From Neoconidiobolus thromboides FSU 785 (taxonomy: Eukaryota; Fungi; Entomophthoromycota): DNA of 64,000 nucleotides. The stretch's first letter is position 1, and each line of letters begins with the position of its first letter. Shown piece after piece: positions 41,401-53,165 of this stretch. The stretch spans positions 18,984-82,983 of the forward strand of contig MU626349.1 in assembly GCA_025603075.1 (NCBI GenBank), given 5' to 3'. The position numbers and the translations under genes are program-made. The notes under the pieces were generated by a model that saw nothing but the letters and a program-made list of their open reading frames with translations, was not told the DNA's origin and ran no database searches.

Positions 41401-41954
41401 CTTATGAAGCAAAAGCTATGATTGCAGCTACGACTGGTAAATCTCCCAAAGCTATGGAATTAACTATCAATCGAGTAGAAATTGAAAATCAAGATATTAA
41501 TACAGCTATTGATAGTTTATTAAAATCAAAAGCTACACCACCTCCATTTAATTCTATTAAAAAGAAAGAAGAAGTTGACGTTATACCAGGTGTAAGACAA
41601 GTTTCAATAACGGAATGCTTGAAATCCAAAGTAATAAAAATTGCTAAAGTGGATATCTCCGAGCTATGTGATCAATTTTTGGATATGTTAAGTGAGCGTG
41701 ATATCGAATATGATTGGCTTGAAACCGCTTTCTTTTTTAAGGTGTTGATACCTATTTCTAAGTTAGGGATTGAAAATGAACATGTTCATGCCATTGAGGC
41801 TGAGGTTGAATTGGTTCAAGTAGCTAAAGCTAAGTCTTCAGCTATCCTTTTGGTTGATAACAATACGTTTGATAAAAATGTATTAAGGGTTTTAAAAACT
41901 TCTCAATCTGAATTAGAGGCTGTTATACAACGCTATCTAAAGAGCGTTATTTAA
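38466..41954 (+). CDS. KIN1: Kin1/Kin2 (MARK/PAR-1 family) Ser/Thr kinase, 3 exons
   Basis: LGEGSYGKVKL, HRDIKVEN, DFGLAN, TFCGSLQYSAPE, UBA-like SPLVAVYHLI, divergent KA1-like C-terminus. Confidence 0.8.
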
Positions 41955-42327
41955 TTTAATTATTTTTTCGTATTATTATGTCTTTTTTAAAAATAAATAT
42001 TTTTTTAATTTAACTCGTTTTAATTTTAACTCTTGAATTTCAATTTAAGTTTTCGGCTTTTTTATCATAAAATGCCGAGGTCTAAATTGGTATTTGACAA
42101 AATCTAGAAGTTGGCTCAAAAATTGCAGAGAAGTTTTTGTCTAATTTAAAATCAACATTTTGAATTTTAAATAATATGCCATAAGTAACATAAGGTATAG
42201 CTGTTGCACTGTAATAAAAATTATCAAAATTGAATTTCATTAAACAATAAATAATTGACACTATTAGGTCACTTGAAATGTTCCGGTAGAAATTCATGCG
42301 TATTAAAATATGAGCTTATTGATTACA

Positions 42328-42433
42328 ATACGGGGATGTATTTTTGTATTTAAGAATTTTACTGACAATTTTTCCACGTAAATAGCGCTTAAAAAATGGA
42401 AAAATAATGAAACTAAAAAAAATAGCCCCATAC
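42328..42433 (-). mobile_element. MITE copy 6; flanks ATAC/ATAC
   Basis: ATAC-GGGGATGTATTTTTG...AAAAAAATAGCCCC-ATAC; non-palindromic direct repeat. Confidence 0.85.
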
Positions 42434-43429
42434 CATTAAAGAACATACGTTGAAATACTTTTATTTTTACAGTTAAGAGAGATTTGGTATTGTAACTAAA
42501 GATTAATAGTTTTTTTATGTGCATGAATTTATACCAGAACATTTTCAAAGATCTAATAAAAGTAGTCTATTAAATGGCTAGAGAAATAGAGAAATAGAAA
42601 AATAGAAAATACTAGAGATTAAGTTCTTCAAAATTGCTTATAGTTGTTATCAAATTATTTTAATCCCTGGAGTAGGTACACCACCAAAAAAGTATAAAAA
42701 GTATAAAAAGTATGCAAAAATTAATGATCAAAAGCTCTGTCAGAACTTCTCGAAGGGCAGGTTCTAACTGACTATCACTAGTAATAGCTTGTTGTCTCAA
42801 TTATATTATACTGGGATTCTCGACAGTAAGAAGTTGAACTTTTTAGTTTCACCATGACAAAGTTTACTGAAAAGTTTAATATTTTCAAGATAAGACATTG
42901 GATCCACTTTCAACATCAAAAGCTTTTAATGTAATTTGATCCCTCTAATTATTCCTATCCATTTGCTAAATATATAGATCATAATGAAAGTCATTATCTG
43001 TTAAATACATATAATAGTACGACTCTTAAGCTAAATATATTAAGCCATTACTAGTAGACTGTGAGTTAAACTGGAGGTCTTTATGTTTAGAGTTTTTAAA
43101 AGATTTGATTAATAATAGTCTTGTTTTTAAGCTTTTCTAGCTTATGGTTATCTGTTAGTTGTCAACATTTTTTTAGATTGATTGTCAATCTTATACCGGG
43201 TGTTGACTCAAGTAGAAGAAAATCATAATTTTGAAAGACATTGAGCAATGTATTGGATTATATAAATATACAAGTAACAATATTTTATAATAAATAAATT
43301 TTTATTAAGGTTTTACTTATTTTGGATTATAGAATGAATTTTAAAATGATAGTAAAAAACTACAGATATTGTGTTTTATAGTTCTGGAATATTAACAAAT
43401 TAAAATAAATGGATTTAATGTAAATAAAC

Positions 43430-43535
43430 ATATAGGGATGTTTTTTTAGCTTTATCACTTTTTCCATCTTTTAAGTGCTATTTGAGCGAAAAATTTGTTA
43501 GTAAAATTCTTAAACACAAAAATACATCCCCATAC
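43430..43535 (+). mobile_element. MITE copy 7; flanks ATAT/ATAC
   Basis: AGGGATGTTTTTTT...AAAAATACATCCCC. Confidence 0.85.
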
Positions 43536-44409
43536 ATTAATTTTTTTATTTAATGATAAAGTTTTTAGTATCGATTTGATTTTTAATATCACATTATATA
43601 ACTAAGTAATTTATTATCTATCTTTAAAGAAGTTTAATGAAGGAAGATAGCAGCGTTCAATTTTAATTTTTCATTATACAGTATTTAAATATTAAAAAAA
43701 TTAGAAATAAAGTAGTTGAAAAGAATTGATATTATTAAAAATGAATAGTCATAAAATCAAAATGAACATTCATTATCTAACCTAATTATTACTTATAGTG
43801 AATGAAATTTTATTACCTTTATATTATATTAAACGTTTTTATTTTTATCCTACAAATATTTTTCTAAGGTAGTAAAAAGTACTCTTTTAAAGTTATAGTT
43901 AAGATTAACATTAGAAAATTCAATCAGTTTTACTTTTTTATTTAGCCAAATAGCAAATTTACATCAACTAATAACATTATTAACAACTAGCTTTAGACCT
44001 AATATGATTATATAGTTTATAATTTATCATTTGTTGTCTATTAAACCGATAGTTTTGTCAACTTCAGAAAAAAGTATCGATAATACTATTTATAATAGAC
44101 CATTTCTTATTTGTTTAGTAGCTTATTTTTATATTTCAAACAGGGCATAAATAATCTCAAAGTTTACTATATAATATTGCTTTAGTGAATTAAAAATAAT
44201 ATTTTTGATCTTCATTCATAGTATGAAATGGTGATATAATTCATAAAAAGTTATATACAATCTGTCCTCTTTCATTTCTTAACATTTAACGTACAATTTA
44301 AACCTTTATGAATACAAAAATAGTTAAATGAAATGCATAAATCATTGCTATTACCCATTAGAAATAGTACTTATTTATAAAATTATATGGTACTTTTTAT
44401 TTTCTATCC

Positions 44410-44977
44410 TTATTCCATTTTTGATTCTGTTTCCTTGCTAACTTTATTAGCTTCTAAAGCAGGCTGAGGCCCAGGGTGTAATAGCCAGTTTAATTTGAGT
44501 CCATGACGAATACGCTTATTAGGTACTAATTTGCCTATTTTGAATAAAATTAAAATTATAATGGTTCATTTAATCGATAAGTTATACCATTCACGTATAG
44601 TTCTCCCCATGCTTTACCATGTTTTAAATCCTATTCAAATTTAGTTCTCTTTTTTAGGTGAATTTATAAGTTTAGTTACTTTTTTAATTTGTGATTTTGT
44701 AATTGTATAATATAAATTATCTTTTCCTTTATTTAACCATTCTTTGGCCGCCTAATCAACAATAAATTAATTCTTATTTTACGACTAATAGTTAAAATCG
44801 GGTTGATAAGCTAAAATGATTAAGTTCTATAAAGGTATATTATAAACTTACCACTCTTAAACCAACTCCATTATTAGGTTGGACCGACAACAATTCAAAT
44901 AAATTTTTATCCCTTCTAATAAATTGATAGGTTGCGATGTTATTACTTTTTAACAAATGGCGTATAAAATTGGACAT
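44410..44977 (-). CDS. MRPS34: Mitochondrial ribosomal protein mS34-like, 4 exons
   Basis: Spliced: MSNFIRHLL...KNLFELLSVQPNNGVGLRV|AAKEW...YYTITKS..|DLKHGKAWGELYVNG|KLVPNKRIRHGLKLNW; resembles the MRP-S34 LF.LL...G.G / HGKAWG pattern; missed by the ORF track. Confidence 0.72.
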
Positions 44978-45200
44978 TTCTCTAATTTTCAAAAAATTAC
45001 TTATTTCAAATGAAAACTAAAACTATGAACTTCTAAAAATATTATGGGATCAATCAATAAAGACTGGCAAATGGAATTTGGTTGGTGACGGAAAGTTATC
45101 CAATAAAAACAAACGATATTTATGTTTATTCATAAAACTCAACCAAAAAAGGTAAATGAGAAGCTTATAATCCCAACATCTTGCTTGTTTTAATATAAAA

Positions 45201-46198
45201 ATGACTTCCAAAGACAATGGAGAAAAAATTGAACAATCTCAGCAAAGAAATGAAGAAGAATTGCAATATTTAAATCTAGTAGAAGAAATCTTAAAAAAAG
45301 GTTTAGAAAAAGGGGATAGAACAGGGGTAGGAACAATATCCGTGTTTGCTCCAACACCTTTAAAGTTTGATTTATCAAATGGACAGTTTCCGTTATTAAC
45401 AACAAAACGAGTTTTTGTACGAGGAGTGATTGAGGAATTATTATGGTTTATAAAAGGAGATACAAATAGTAAAAACTTAAAAGCAAAAGGCGTTAATATT
45501 TGGGAACCTAATGGTTCTAGAGAGTTTTTAGATAATCTGGGGTTTAAGGATAGGAAAGAGGGGGACCTTGGCCCAGTTTATGGTTTTCAGTGGCGTCATT
45601 TTGGAGCTAAATACATCGATTGCTTTACCGACTATACTGGGCAAGGTGTCGACCAGTTACAAAATGTTATTGATACAATTAAAAATAAACCTAATGATCG
45701 TAGGATTATTTTATCTGCTTGGAATCCAAAAGGTAATAGAGATCACCATCATTGTAATATAGGACTATAACACTTTTAGATTTAAATCAAATGGTACTAC
45801 CCCCTTGTCATATGTTTTGTCAATTCTATGTTGAACCTAGTCAGCAGGAAGGTAAAAAAGGCAAATTGCACTGTCAACTGTATCAACGAAGCTGTGATAT
45901 GGGATTAGGGGTGCCATTTAATATTGCTAGTTATTCCTTATTAGCGATTATGATCGCTCATTTAACTAATTTAGAACCTGGAGTATTTACTCATGTTATG
46001 GGAGATTGTCATATTTATAAAAATCATACTGATAGTTTAAAGATTCAATTGGAAAGGGAACCTAAACAATTTCCTAAAATTAAAATCCAACTAATTGATA
46101 ATCAACCAATTAGCCATATTGAACAATTTCAATATGAAAATTTTGTTATTGAAGGTTATTCACCTTACCCTAAAATTGAGATGGATATCGCAGTTTAA
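45201..46198 (+). CDS. CDC21: Thymidylate synthase, one intron at about 45733-45779
   Basis: [66 protein letters not shown]. Confidence 0.97.
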
Positions 46199-46284
46199 AA
46201 ATAAAGTAGAATATAAAATAATTAGTTTATATTATAGTTTATTTGAGTTCCAAATGCTATGTTTTATTTATATGAATTTATAAA

Positions 46285-47835
46285 CTAATGGTTCAAAACC
46301 GGTTTAGGAGGTACAGGGGGAGGGTTGGAAGCGGTTCTAATGTTAGCATTAGAAAACAACTCATCAAAATGATCAATAATAAACTTAAAAAAGAAGCCTA
46401 CGGTAGCTCCATTGGTTGAGCATAGAGAAACATCCAGCATAGGGTTCCCAGATTTAAGCAAATTCGGAGTCCAAACAATAGCCAAATTATTACTGGTCAT
46501 TTTGTTGCTCGATTGGTTCTTACTTATTTTATTCAAACCATAACCTAAATATTGTAGTAATTGTTGGGTTTGTACATTTAATCGGTTAATAATATTCTCT
46601 TTTATATATTCCTTTAGCTTGATTTCGTCATTTAATATTGGGTTCATATCTTTAATGGCATCGTATAATGTAGGTGGTATTAATGGCTCTGGTAATTCTC
46701 TTATAAATACTTTTAAAAGTACTGCTGCTACATGAACTCCGTAATCATCCAAATCCACTCTTCTTTCTATAAAATTATGAATTTATATTAAATTAGCTAT
46801 TAATATAGACCTACCTTCATCATAAGCATTTTTGGCTTCTTTAAGTAAAAGAGAGCTAGGAGATCTACGAAATACACCCTCTTCGTCAATTCCTTAAAAT
46901 TTAAAGTTAAATAATGAATTAACAAAGTTTAATAGCGAATTACCTTTCTTTAAAATATATTCCATACATTGAATAACCATTAATGGAATCCCTTTTTCCC
47001 CATTAGCCCCCATAACAACAGATAATGGTAATGAAAACAACTTTCTTGTTATCATTTCATTATTGTTTTTTGGATCTATTACTACTGATTCTTCAAACTT
47101 TCTGTTATGTCTATTCATCTAGCTTTAATATCTAATTTATATTGTAATCTATTATACTTACTCATAAATTACATTTGGTATATTCATATGAGTTAATGGA
47201 ACACTTAAAGCTAATTGAGATAAAGTATTGATCCAACTTACTTTACGGGAAAATTTAGGGCTAAATAATAAGTTTAGATAAACTTATAGTTAGGTACTGA
47301 AGCTTACCTGATGATTTTGTTCATAATATCGAATAGAATTTGGAACCAAGGAGCAGGGTGGACAATATATAGATTTTTTAAATTCTTTTTGTACCTGTTT
47401 TGTAATAATTTTGTTTAAATTAAGGAACAACAAATAAACATTGAAACTACTTATAGCCAAGGCGACGATAAGCTCTGATCAACCAAGTCCAACTAGGTTT
47501 ATTTTTGGCTCCTCCAACAAATAAGACTAAAGTATAATCGTTTTCGGCAAACTCGTCTAACTTGTTCATAATTAAACTAAATTTTGAAATAAATTTATTT
47601 CTAAATAATAGTGTGGTAAGCTTACTCTAATAACTGGTCATAATTCATTTGTTTTGGATCTGGTAAATTAGCTGCCGCAAATACCAAAATTGGCTTTGAC
47701 TCGAAATCAACCCCTTAAGTAAAATATATTAACACTACTGCTCGATTCCCTTTTATTAATTTCATTATTACCGGCTTGATAGATCAACTTATTCATAATC
47801 GTATATTCATACGCTAATTGTTCATTTGGATTCAT
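46285..47835 (-). CDS. Sec14/BCH-domain RhoGAP (ARHGAP1/p50RhoGAP-like), multi-exon
   Basis: GVDFESKPILVFAAANLP, YKKNLKNLYIVHP, SPKFSRKVSW; GAP motifs EEGVFRRS, AVLLKVFIRELPEPL, NKMTSNNLAIVWTPNL. Confidence 0.88.
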
Positions 47836-48417
47836 TTGTTTTAATTTAATTTATTAAAAATTCTTCATATCTTATTTCACTTTTTAATTTCTACTTAGTC
47901 TATTTCGTTCTTTTACTTCATTGGTTATAATTGACGTGATTTCGATACTCTTAATTCTATATTTGTTTTTAACTATTTTGCCGTTCGATTTCAAATTTTC
48001 AATGTATTCAAAATTGAAATTCGCTTTTGTTGGATTCTATTCAATTTTATTTTCTGAATTTTTAAATTAGAAAAGCTTTTTGCTTCAAAAAAATTCATAA
48101 CTAAACTTCAAAAATATTCTCTGTGTAACTAAAATTCGGAGCCTCGTTTTATCTAAAATTATATGAGCCCTATGTTATGTTATCATATTCTTTTCTCCAA
48201 TACTTCTTTTATCCACTTTATGTCACTATTTACTCTTTTACTACTATTTAAGAGATAAAACTTCTAATCTTAGACATTGATTACTTTTTTATAGAGTAAT
48301 AAAATTTTTATTTAAAATGTCAATTGATTTATAAAACAATCATTCATTTTTTGTATGAATATTCATTATAAAGAGTTCAAAAATAACAAACTTATAATGT
48401 CCTAAATTTAAAATATA

Positions 48418-48521
48418 ATATGGTAGTGTTTTTGGCCCTATTACTTTTTCCATCTTTTAAATACTATTTGAGCGGAAAAATTGATATCAAAATTCTTAAA
48501 CATAAAATTACATCCCCATAT
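48418..48521 (+). mobile_element. MITE copy 8; flanks ATAT/ATAT
   Basis: Degenerate left TIR GGTAGTGTTTTT, intact right TIR ACATCCCC. Confidence 0.8.
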
Positions 48522-48785
48522 AATGAGAATAAATATTAGTTTATTTAAGTAGAATGTATAAATATAATAGGATATTATGTTTATTAGATTCATTCAAAAT
48601 TGAAAATTTACTTAAAGCGAGTACAAATAATTATGATTGAAAGTGAGAATTTTAAGATGGGCCTTTAAAGGTAGAATAACACTATCAAAGTCGATTTCTT
48701 AAAAGTGATTGAATATTTCAGGATTAAAATAGTCAATATTAGCATATAACAAATTGTTCAGTTTTATTTGCAATAGGTTTCAAAA

Positions 48786-50127
48786 TCACACCTGGAGGTT
48801 TATTTTTTTATATCTATATTTATAAAGCAAATGTATCATAACTGATGTTATTACAACGGACCCATCTATCCTTCCTACAAGCCCCCTTATTAATGAACTA
48901 TCAATTACCTCTTGATTACTATTATTCTGTGTATTATTTTTGCTGTCATATTTTTTAGCATCAATAGTTTCCCAAGTCTTCGTATATAACATTATCGCTT
49001 TGCTTACGCTTTTTATCTTACTTACATCACTCATTGCATCATAAATAGTAGATTAAATAAATTGGTAATCAAATTAGTTTACTATTTATTGCTGATAATT
49101 AGTAAAGCATCCTCAATGACTAAATGCAATTCCTATTGGTTTTCTCAAAAGAGGATGGATTGAATTTACCCCATAAAGCTCTATTAACTTTTTAATCATT
49201 TTCTGTAAATCAATATAATAAACTAACTCACTGATTTTCATGAATACTCGGCCAAAGGCTAGATTCGCTTTTAAATTTATATTGTACGGATTTATAATAT
49301 ACGTCTTTGAATACTAATTCGTACAATATCTTATTAGCCTCTATAGCTTCTGCCTTTGTAGTTGGGATTTCAGAATGATATAATTTGTTATTTAAGATAA
49401 ACAACTGTTCAATAGAAGCTTTATCATTTATTTCCTGTATCCTTTTTAATTGCTCTACTTGAGGGTATTTTTTTTGGCTTCATCACTTTCTATTTTTTAA
49501 GCACTATTTAAGTGGAAAGATTGTTATAAAATTCTTAAACATAAAAATACATTCCACATAAAGAATTATGTGAGTTTAAATGCACTGGTGTTAATCAATT
49601 CAATATAAAACGTTGAAAAAACTTAATGTGTAAGTTTATTTATCTCTTTCATATCTTGTAATATATGATACCTTTGCGAGTAATTATTTCTATCAGTACT
49701 CGTTATGTTGGACCCAATGAACAAATCCTTTATTATACCTTCATCATACTATTCACTTTTCTCGATATTAAAGTACTTAACGATAGGCCTAAATTCATTA
49801 ATACGATCATGAAAATTTACTATTGTTTTAGTTCTGTCTTGATTTTTAATGTAAAAGAGGTATGGGCCAAATGGTCCTTTAGAGCCATTAATAGCTATCT
49901 TTCTTTCTCACAGTGCCGCGTTCCCAGCTAATTTATATACTTTTTTCAAATCAAGGGCAAATGCTTCATTATTTAACATCAAAGCTTTGTGTTTATTTGG
50001 CGTAAATGCAAACCCTCCCAAGTAGTACAATTTATCTTTAATTATTATCCATCTCCCACCATCAACTCTTGACAATTTAGCATTAAATTTAAAATAAAAA
50101 ACTAACAAGAATTAGCGGTAGTAACAT
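48786..50127 (-). pseudogene. Pseudogene of a kelch-repeat single-pass membrane protein, interrupted by a MITE
   Basis: Signal-like MLLPLILVSFL out of frame with KDKLYYLGG...NEAFALDL; in-frame TGA (49908) and TAG (49749); C-terminal N-rich stalk, degraded TM and KYRYKK; MITE at 49457-49559. Confidence 0.55.
49457..49559 (+). mobile_element. MITE copy 9, inside the kelch pseudogene; flanks ACTT/ACAT
   Basis: GAGGGTATTTTTTTTGGCTTCATC...AAAAATACATTCC. Confidence 0.8.
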
Positions 50128-50341
50128 TTAGAAATAAAAAATGAGTAATCCTGTATAAATTTGTGGCTCTCTTATTTGGAATTATTAAATAGCTTAATGA
50201 TTCATGAAAGTTTATTTGTAATATCAAACACTCCTATTCGTTAGTAAACGTTACTTAAGTTCGTTAAATAGCAACTTAGTTGTGCGATATAAAACTAGGT
50301 AAATGTGGGAAATATGATGATAGGGTTTTTTGGAAAAGTAT

Positions 50342-50440
50342 ATATAGGGATGTATTTAAGAATTTTATCAGCAATCTTTCCGCTCAAATCGCGCTTAAAA
50401 GATGGAGAAAGTGGTGAAACCAAAAAAAATACCTCCACAT
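50342..50440 (-). mobile_element. MITE copy 10 with a short internal deletion; flanks ATAT/ACAT
   Basis: AGGGATGTATTTAAGAATTTT...GAAACCAAAAAAAATACCTCC. Confidence 0.8.
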
Positions 50441-51317
50441 ATGAAAATTTCGGCTTAAGCTACTTAACAATAAATAGTATAAGGACTTGTACTTTAAACC
50501 ACACAAATAACCTTTAATTGAGTAAAATACTTCGTCAGGGGGTATCAACTAGACAATTATCTGGTTTTTCCAAAAGGGGTAAGCTTTCGTGGAATAAAGT
50601 GCTAATAAATTTTGATAAAATAGGAACCTAGATCCCAAACCTTAATCTAACCTGAACCTAGCTTTAATCTAATGCAACTTGACTTTATTAACTTTTAATT
50701 CTAGCTACTTCTTCAATCTGATTATTATATTTTAATAAAGATTGAGGTTTATTCAAAATTTGAAATTTCTTGTAGTGGGAAATAGCTCTACCTACCTGTT
50801 CGTTGCCCTCAATCTTTAAGTCTTTTATTACAAAATGGGTTAATTTCTTTAAAGGTACACGCTCTCAAAATACAATTTTTATTCCATTAAAAAAATGTAT
50901 AGGTATGTTTTTAATGGTTTTGCTGATAGCCCTTCAAATTTTATATCGTGCGAAAAATGAGCAAAATATCAAAACAACAAATAACATTAAAATCTAAATA
51001 TTTATTTTGAAATAATCACAATAAACAATAAGATGAATAAAAGAGAATTATTGAATTGATTTTACCACTTTTTGAAATACAAACATATAATAATACCCCA
51101 GAAGAAACAACCTTCATACTAGTTTTAAAACTATATAGAGGTATTAGTTAATTTAACTAGTGTTAAGCCTACCCAATTAAAAGCTGCATTTAATCAAAGT
51201 TAAATTACAATTATTTCTTTTTAGAAAACAATAGCTCCCCTATTTATCAGATTTTAAATTAAAAGTTAAATAAGTTTCAATTTCTTTTTTGATATTTTAC
51301 AATACAAGACTATAGAA

Positions 51318-52554
51318 ATGGAAAATAGAAACATCAACTCAGGAACTGTCACTTCCATTGTAGATTTGAAATTGTTACAAAATCTATTGACCTCTACAGC
51401 AACAGATGATGATAATAATAGTATTGAATTAAATAAAAACTCAATTGAGAATGAGAAAGAAAGTATAGTAAGTAGCTATATAATACTAAAATTTTAAGTA
51501 CTAATGAACAACAATGTAGTATACCTCGGATACTAAGTTACAGTTTTACTCTCCAGCGACAGGGTTTATAACGAGTAATGGGTTTAGCGAATTGCAGTTA
51601 TCAGAAAAAGAAAAGTCAAACTTATCAATGTATTGGCTTCATATTAATAATATAACTTCAAAGCAAATAGAGCTAATTAGTCAGTTGTTTCAATTACACC
51701 CAATTATTAGAGAGTTGCTATTGAACCAAGAGATCACACAAAAGGTTTATCAGTTCCAACAATACTCTTTTTTTGCTTTTAAAAGTATCAATTTTGATAC
51801 TCAATCCAATAGCTTTCAGCAACCTATCTTAATCTATCATCTTATTTTTAATAAGTTTGTCTTCACCTTTTCTAGGGAAGCAGTTGCTTTTAATACATTG
51901 TATATCAATGATTTGATTGATAACAGTAAAGATGACAATATTAGCAATATCACGCCTAATTTTATCAATTACATCTTATTAAGATATCATTCCGTTAAAT
52001 TAATACAATACAGTGATAAAATTGAACAAGAAGTAGATTCTATCGGGAGGATTGTACTATTAATTCAAAACAAGCAAGACCAAAGTGAGTTGTTAAAGAG
52101 GATCACTAATGTACAAAATCAAGTAACTTTGTTAATAAGAATCGTTCACTTTAAACTAAATTTGATCAAAAAAATGTCAAACAATCAAATTTTGAATAAT
52201 AACCAATTTAACTATAATGAATTAAACAATCAATATTTGAATTTAAAACTGAATTTATCTCACTACGATAAAGTATTGGCTACTTCTCATATGAATTATT
52301 TATCTCAAATCTCAATGAGCTTTTATACTTTAGATACAGGCCTTAGTGAAAAAATATCCAAATTAACTGCTATTACTCTTATTTTAGTCCCAATTACTGT
52401 TATTGGAGGTATTTTTGGAATGAATTGCTATACGCCAGATAGATATACAGAAGACGAGGCAGGTACCATCTACAAGTTTACTGGTATAGCGGTATTTTCT
52501 TTAATTTTTGCAGTCATTGGCTTTTTTATATGTAGAAGATATAAATTAATTTAA
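51318..52554 (+). CDS. CorA-family Mg2+ transporter (Alr/Mnr2-like), one intron
   Basis: YWLHI, FQLHP, C-terminal TM1 ending IFGMN (GMN signature) and TM2. Confidence 0.85.
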
Positions 52555-52632
52555 ATCAATTAATTAGCTTATCTTTATTTTATAATTTAAAATTAAAATA
52601 ACATATTATGTCACTATTACTGTTTATTCTTA

Positions 52633-52995
52633 TTAATTTTTGAATCCAGTTAATTCATGCCATATATCTTTCAACTCATGTTGAATCAACAATTCTCTTA
52701 ACTCTACATCTGATTCCACAGAAACAAATTGATTAAAAACAACAAACTGGGAAGGATGAAATACCCTTCTTAAAGTGACTGTACAGGTTTGCCAATTCAA
52801 GCTTTTGATTTCTTTTTCAAATATAGATAAATTTTTGTCTTCTTCCGGCTCAAATAAAATTAGCCTCCCAGGTTTACCAAACTTGTAAATTCCAGTTATA
52901 TTTAATCTTTTAGCTAATTTGAGGATCTTCTCTTTCTTTTTTTCTGAATAGATATGGTGCATTTGAAATGTTATCATGTAAATTAAACGGCTCAT
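52633..52995 (-). CDS. Small DUF1115/RWDD2-like protein, intronless
   Basis: MHHIYSEKKKEKILKLAKRLNITGIYKFGKPGRLILFE...IKSLNWQ matches the HHI...GKPG...WQ pattern. Confidence 0.7.
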   Translation of the reverse strand: MSRLIYMITFQMHHIYSEKKKEKILKLAKRLNITGIYKFGKPGRLILFEPEEDKNLSIFEKEIKSLNWQTCTVTLRRVFHPSQFVVFNQFVSVESDVELRELLIQHELKDIWHELTGFKN

Positions 52996-53165
52996 TTTGA
53001 ACTTTAGTGAATTAAAAAACAAAATAAAAAATACTAGAAAGTCTGTATAAACGTATTAATTTTATTAATGCTATATTAACCAATAAAATGCGATTAAATC
53101 CTATATCTTTTAACCAATAAATTGCGACTGTTTTTTTTAATAATTTAATCAAAATTGAGCAAATT

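Noticed and set aside
49561-49680. Apparent restoration of the kelch reading frame on removing the MITE plus one TSD
   Set aside because: It needs an assumed intron and leaves three stops in nine codons; an unspliced frame is equally plausible, so it cannot be used as evidence.
48786-50127. Stop-codon reassignment (TGA/TAG read as Trp)
   Set aside because: Intact genes use TGG for Trp and end in normal stops; in-frame stops occur only in decayed loci.
50620-50670. CTAACCT/GAACCT telomere-like repeats
   Set aside because: Too short and irregular to distinguish from chance.
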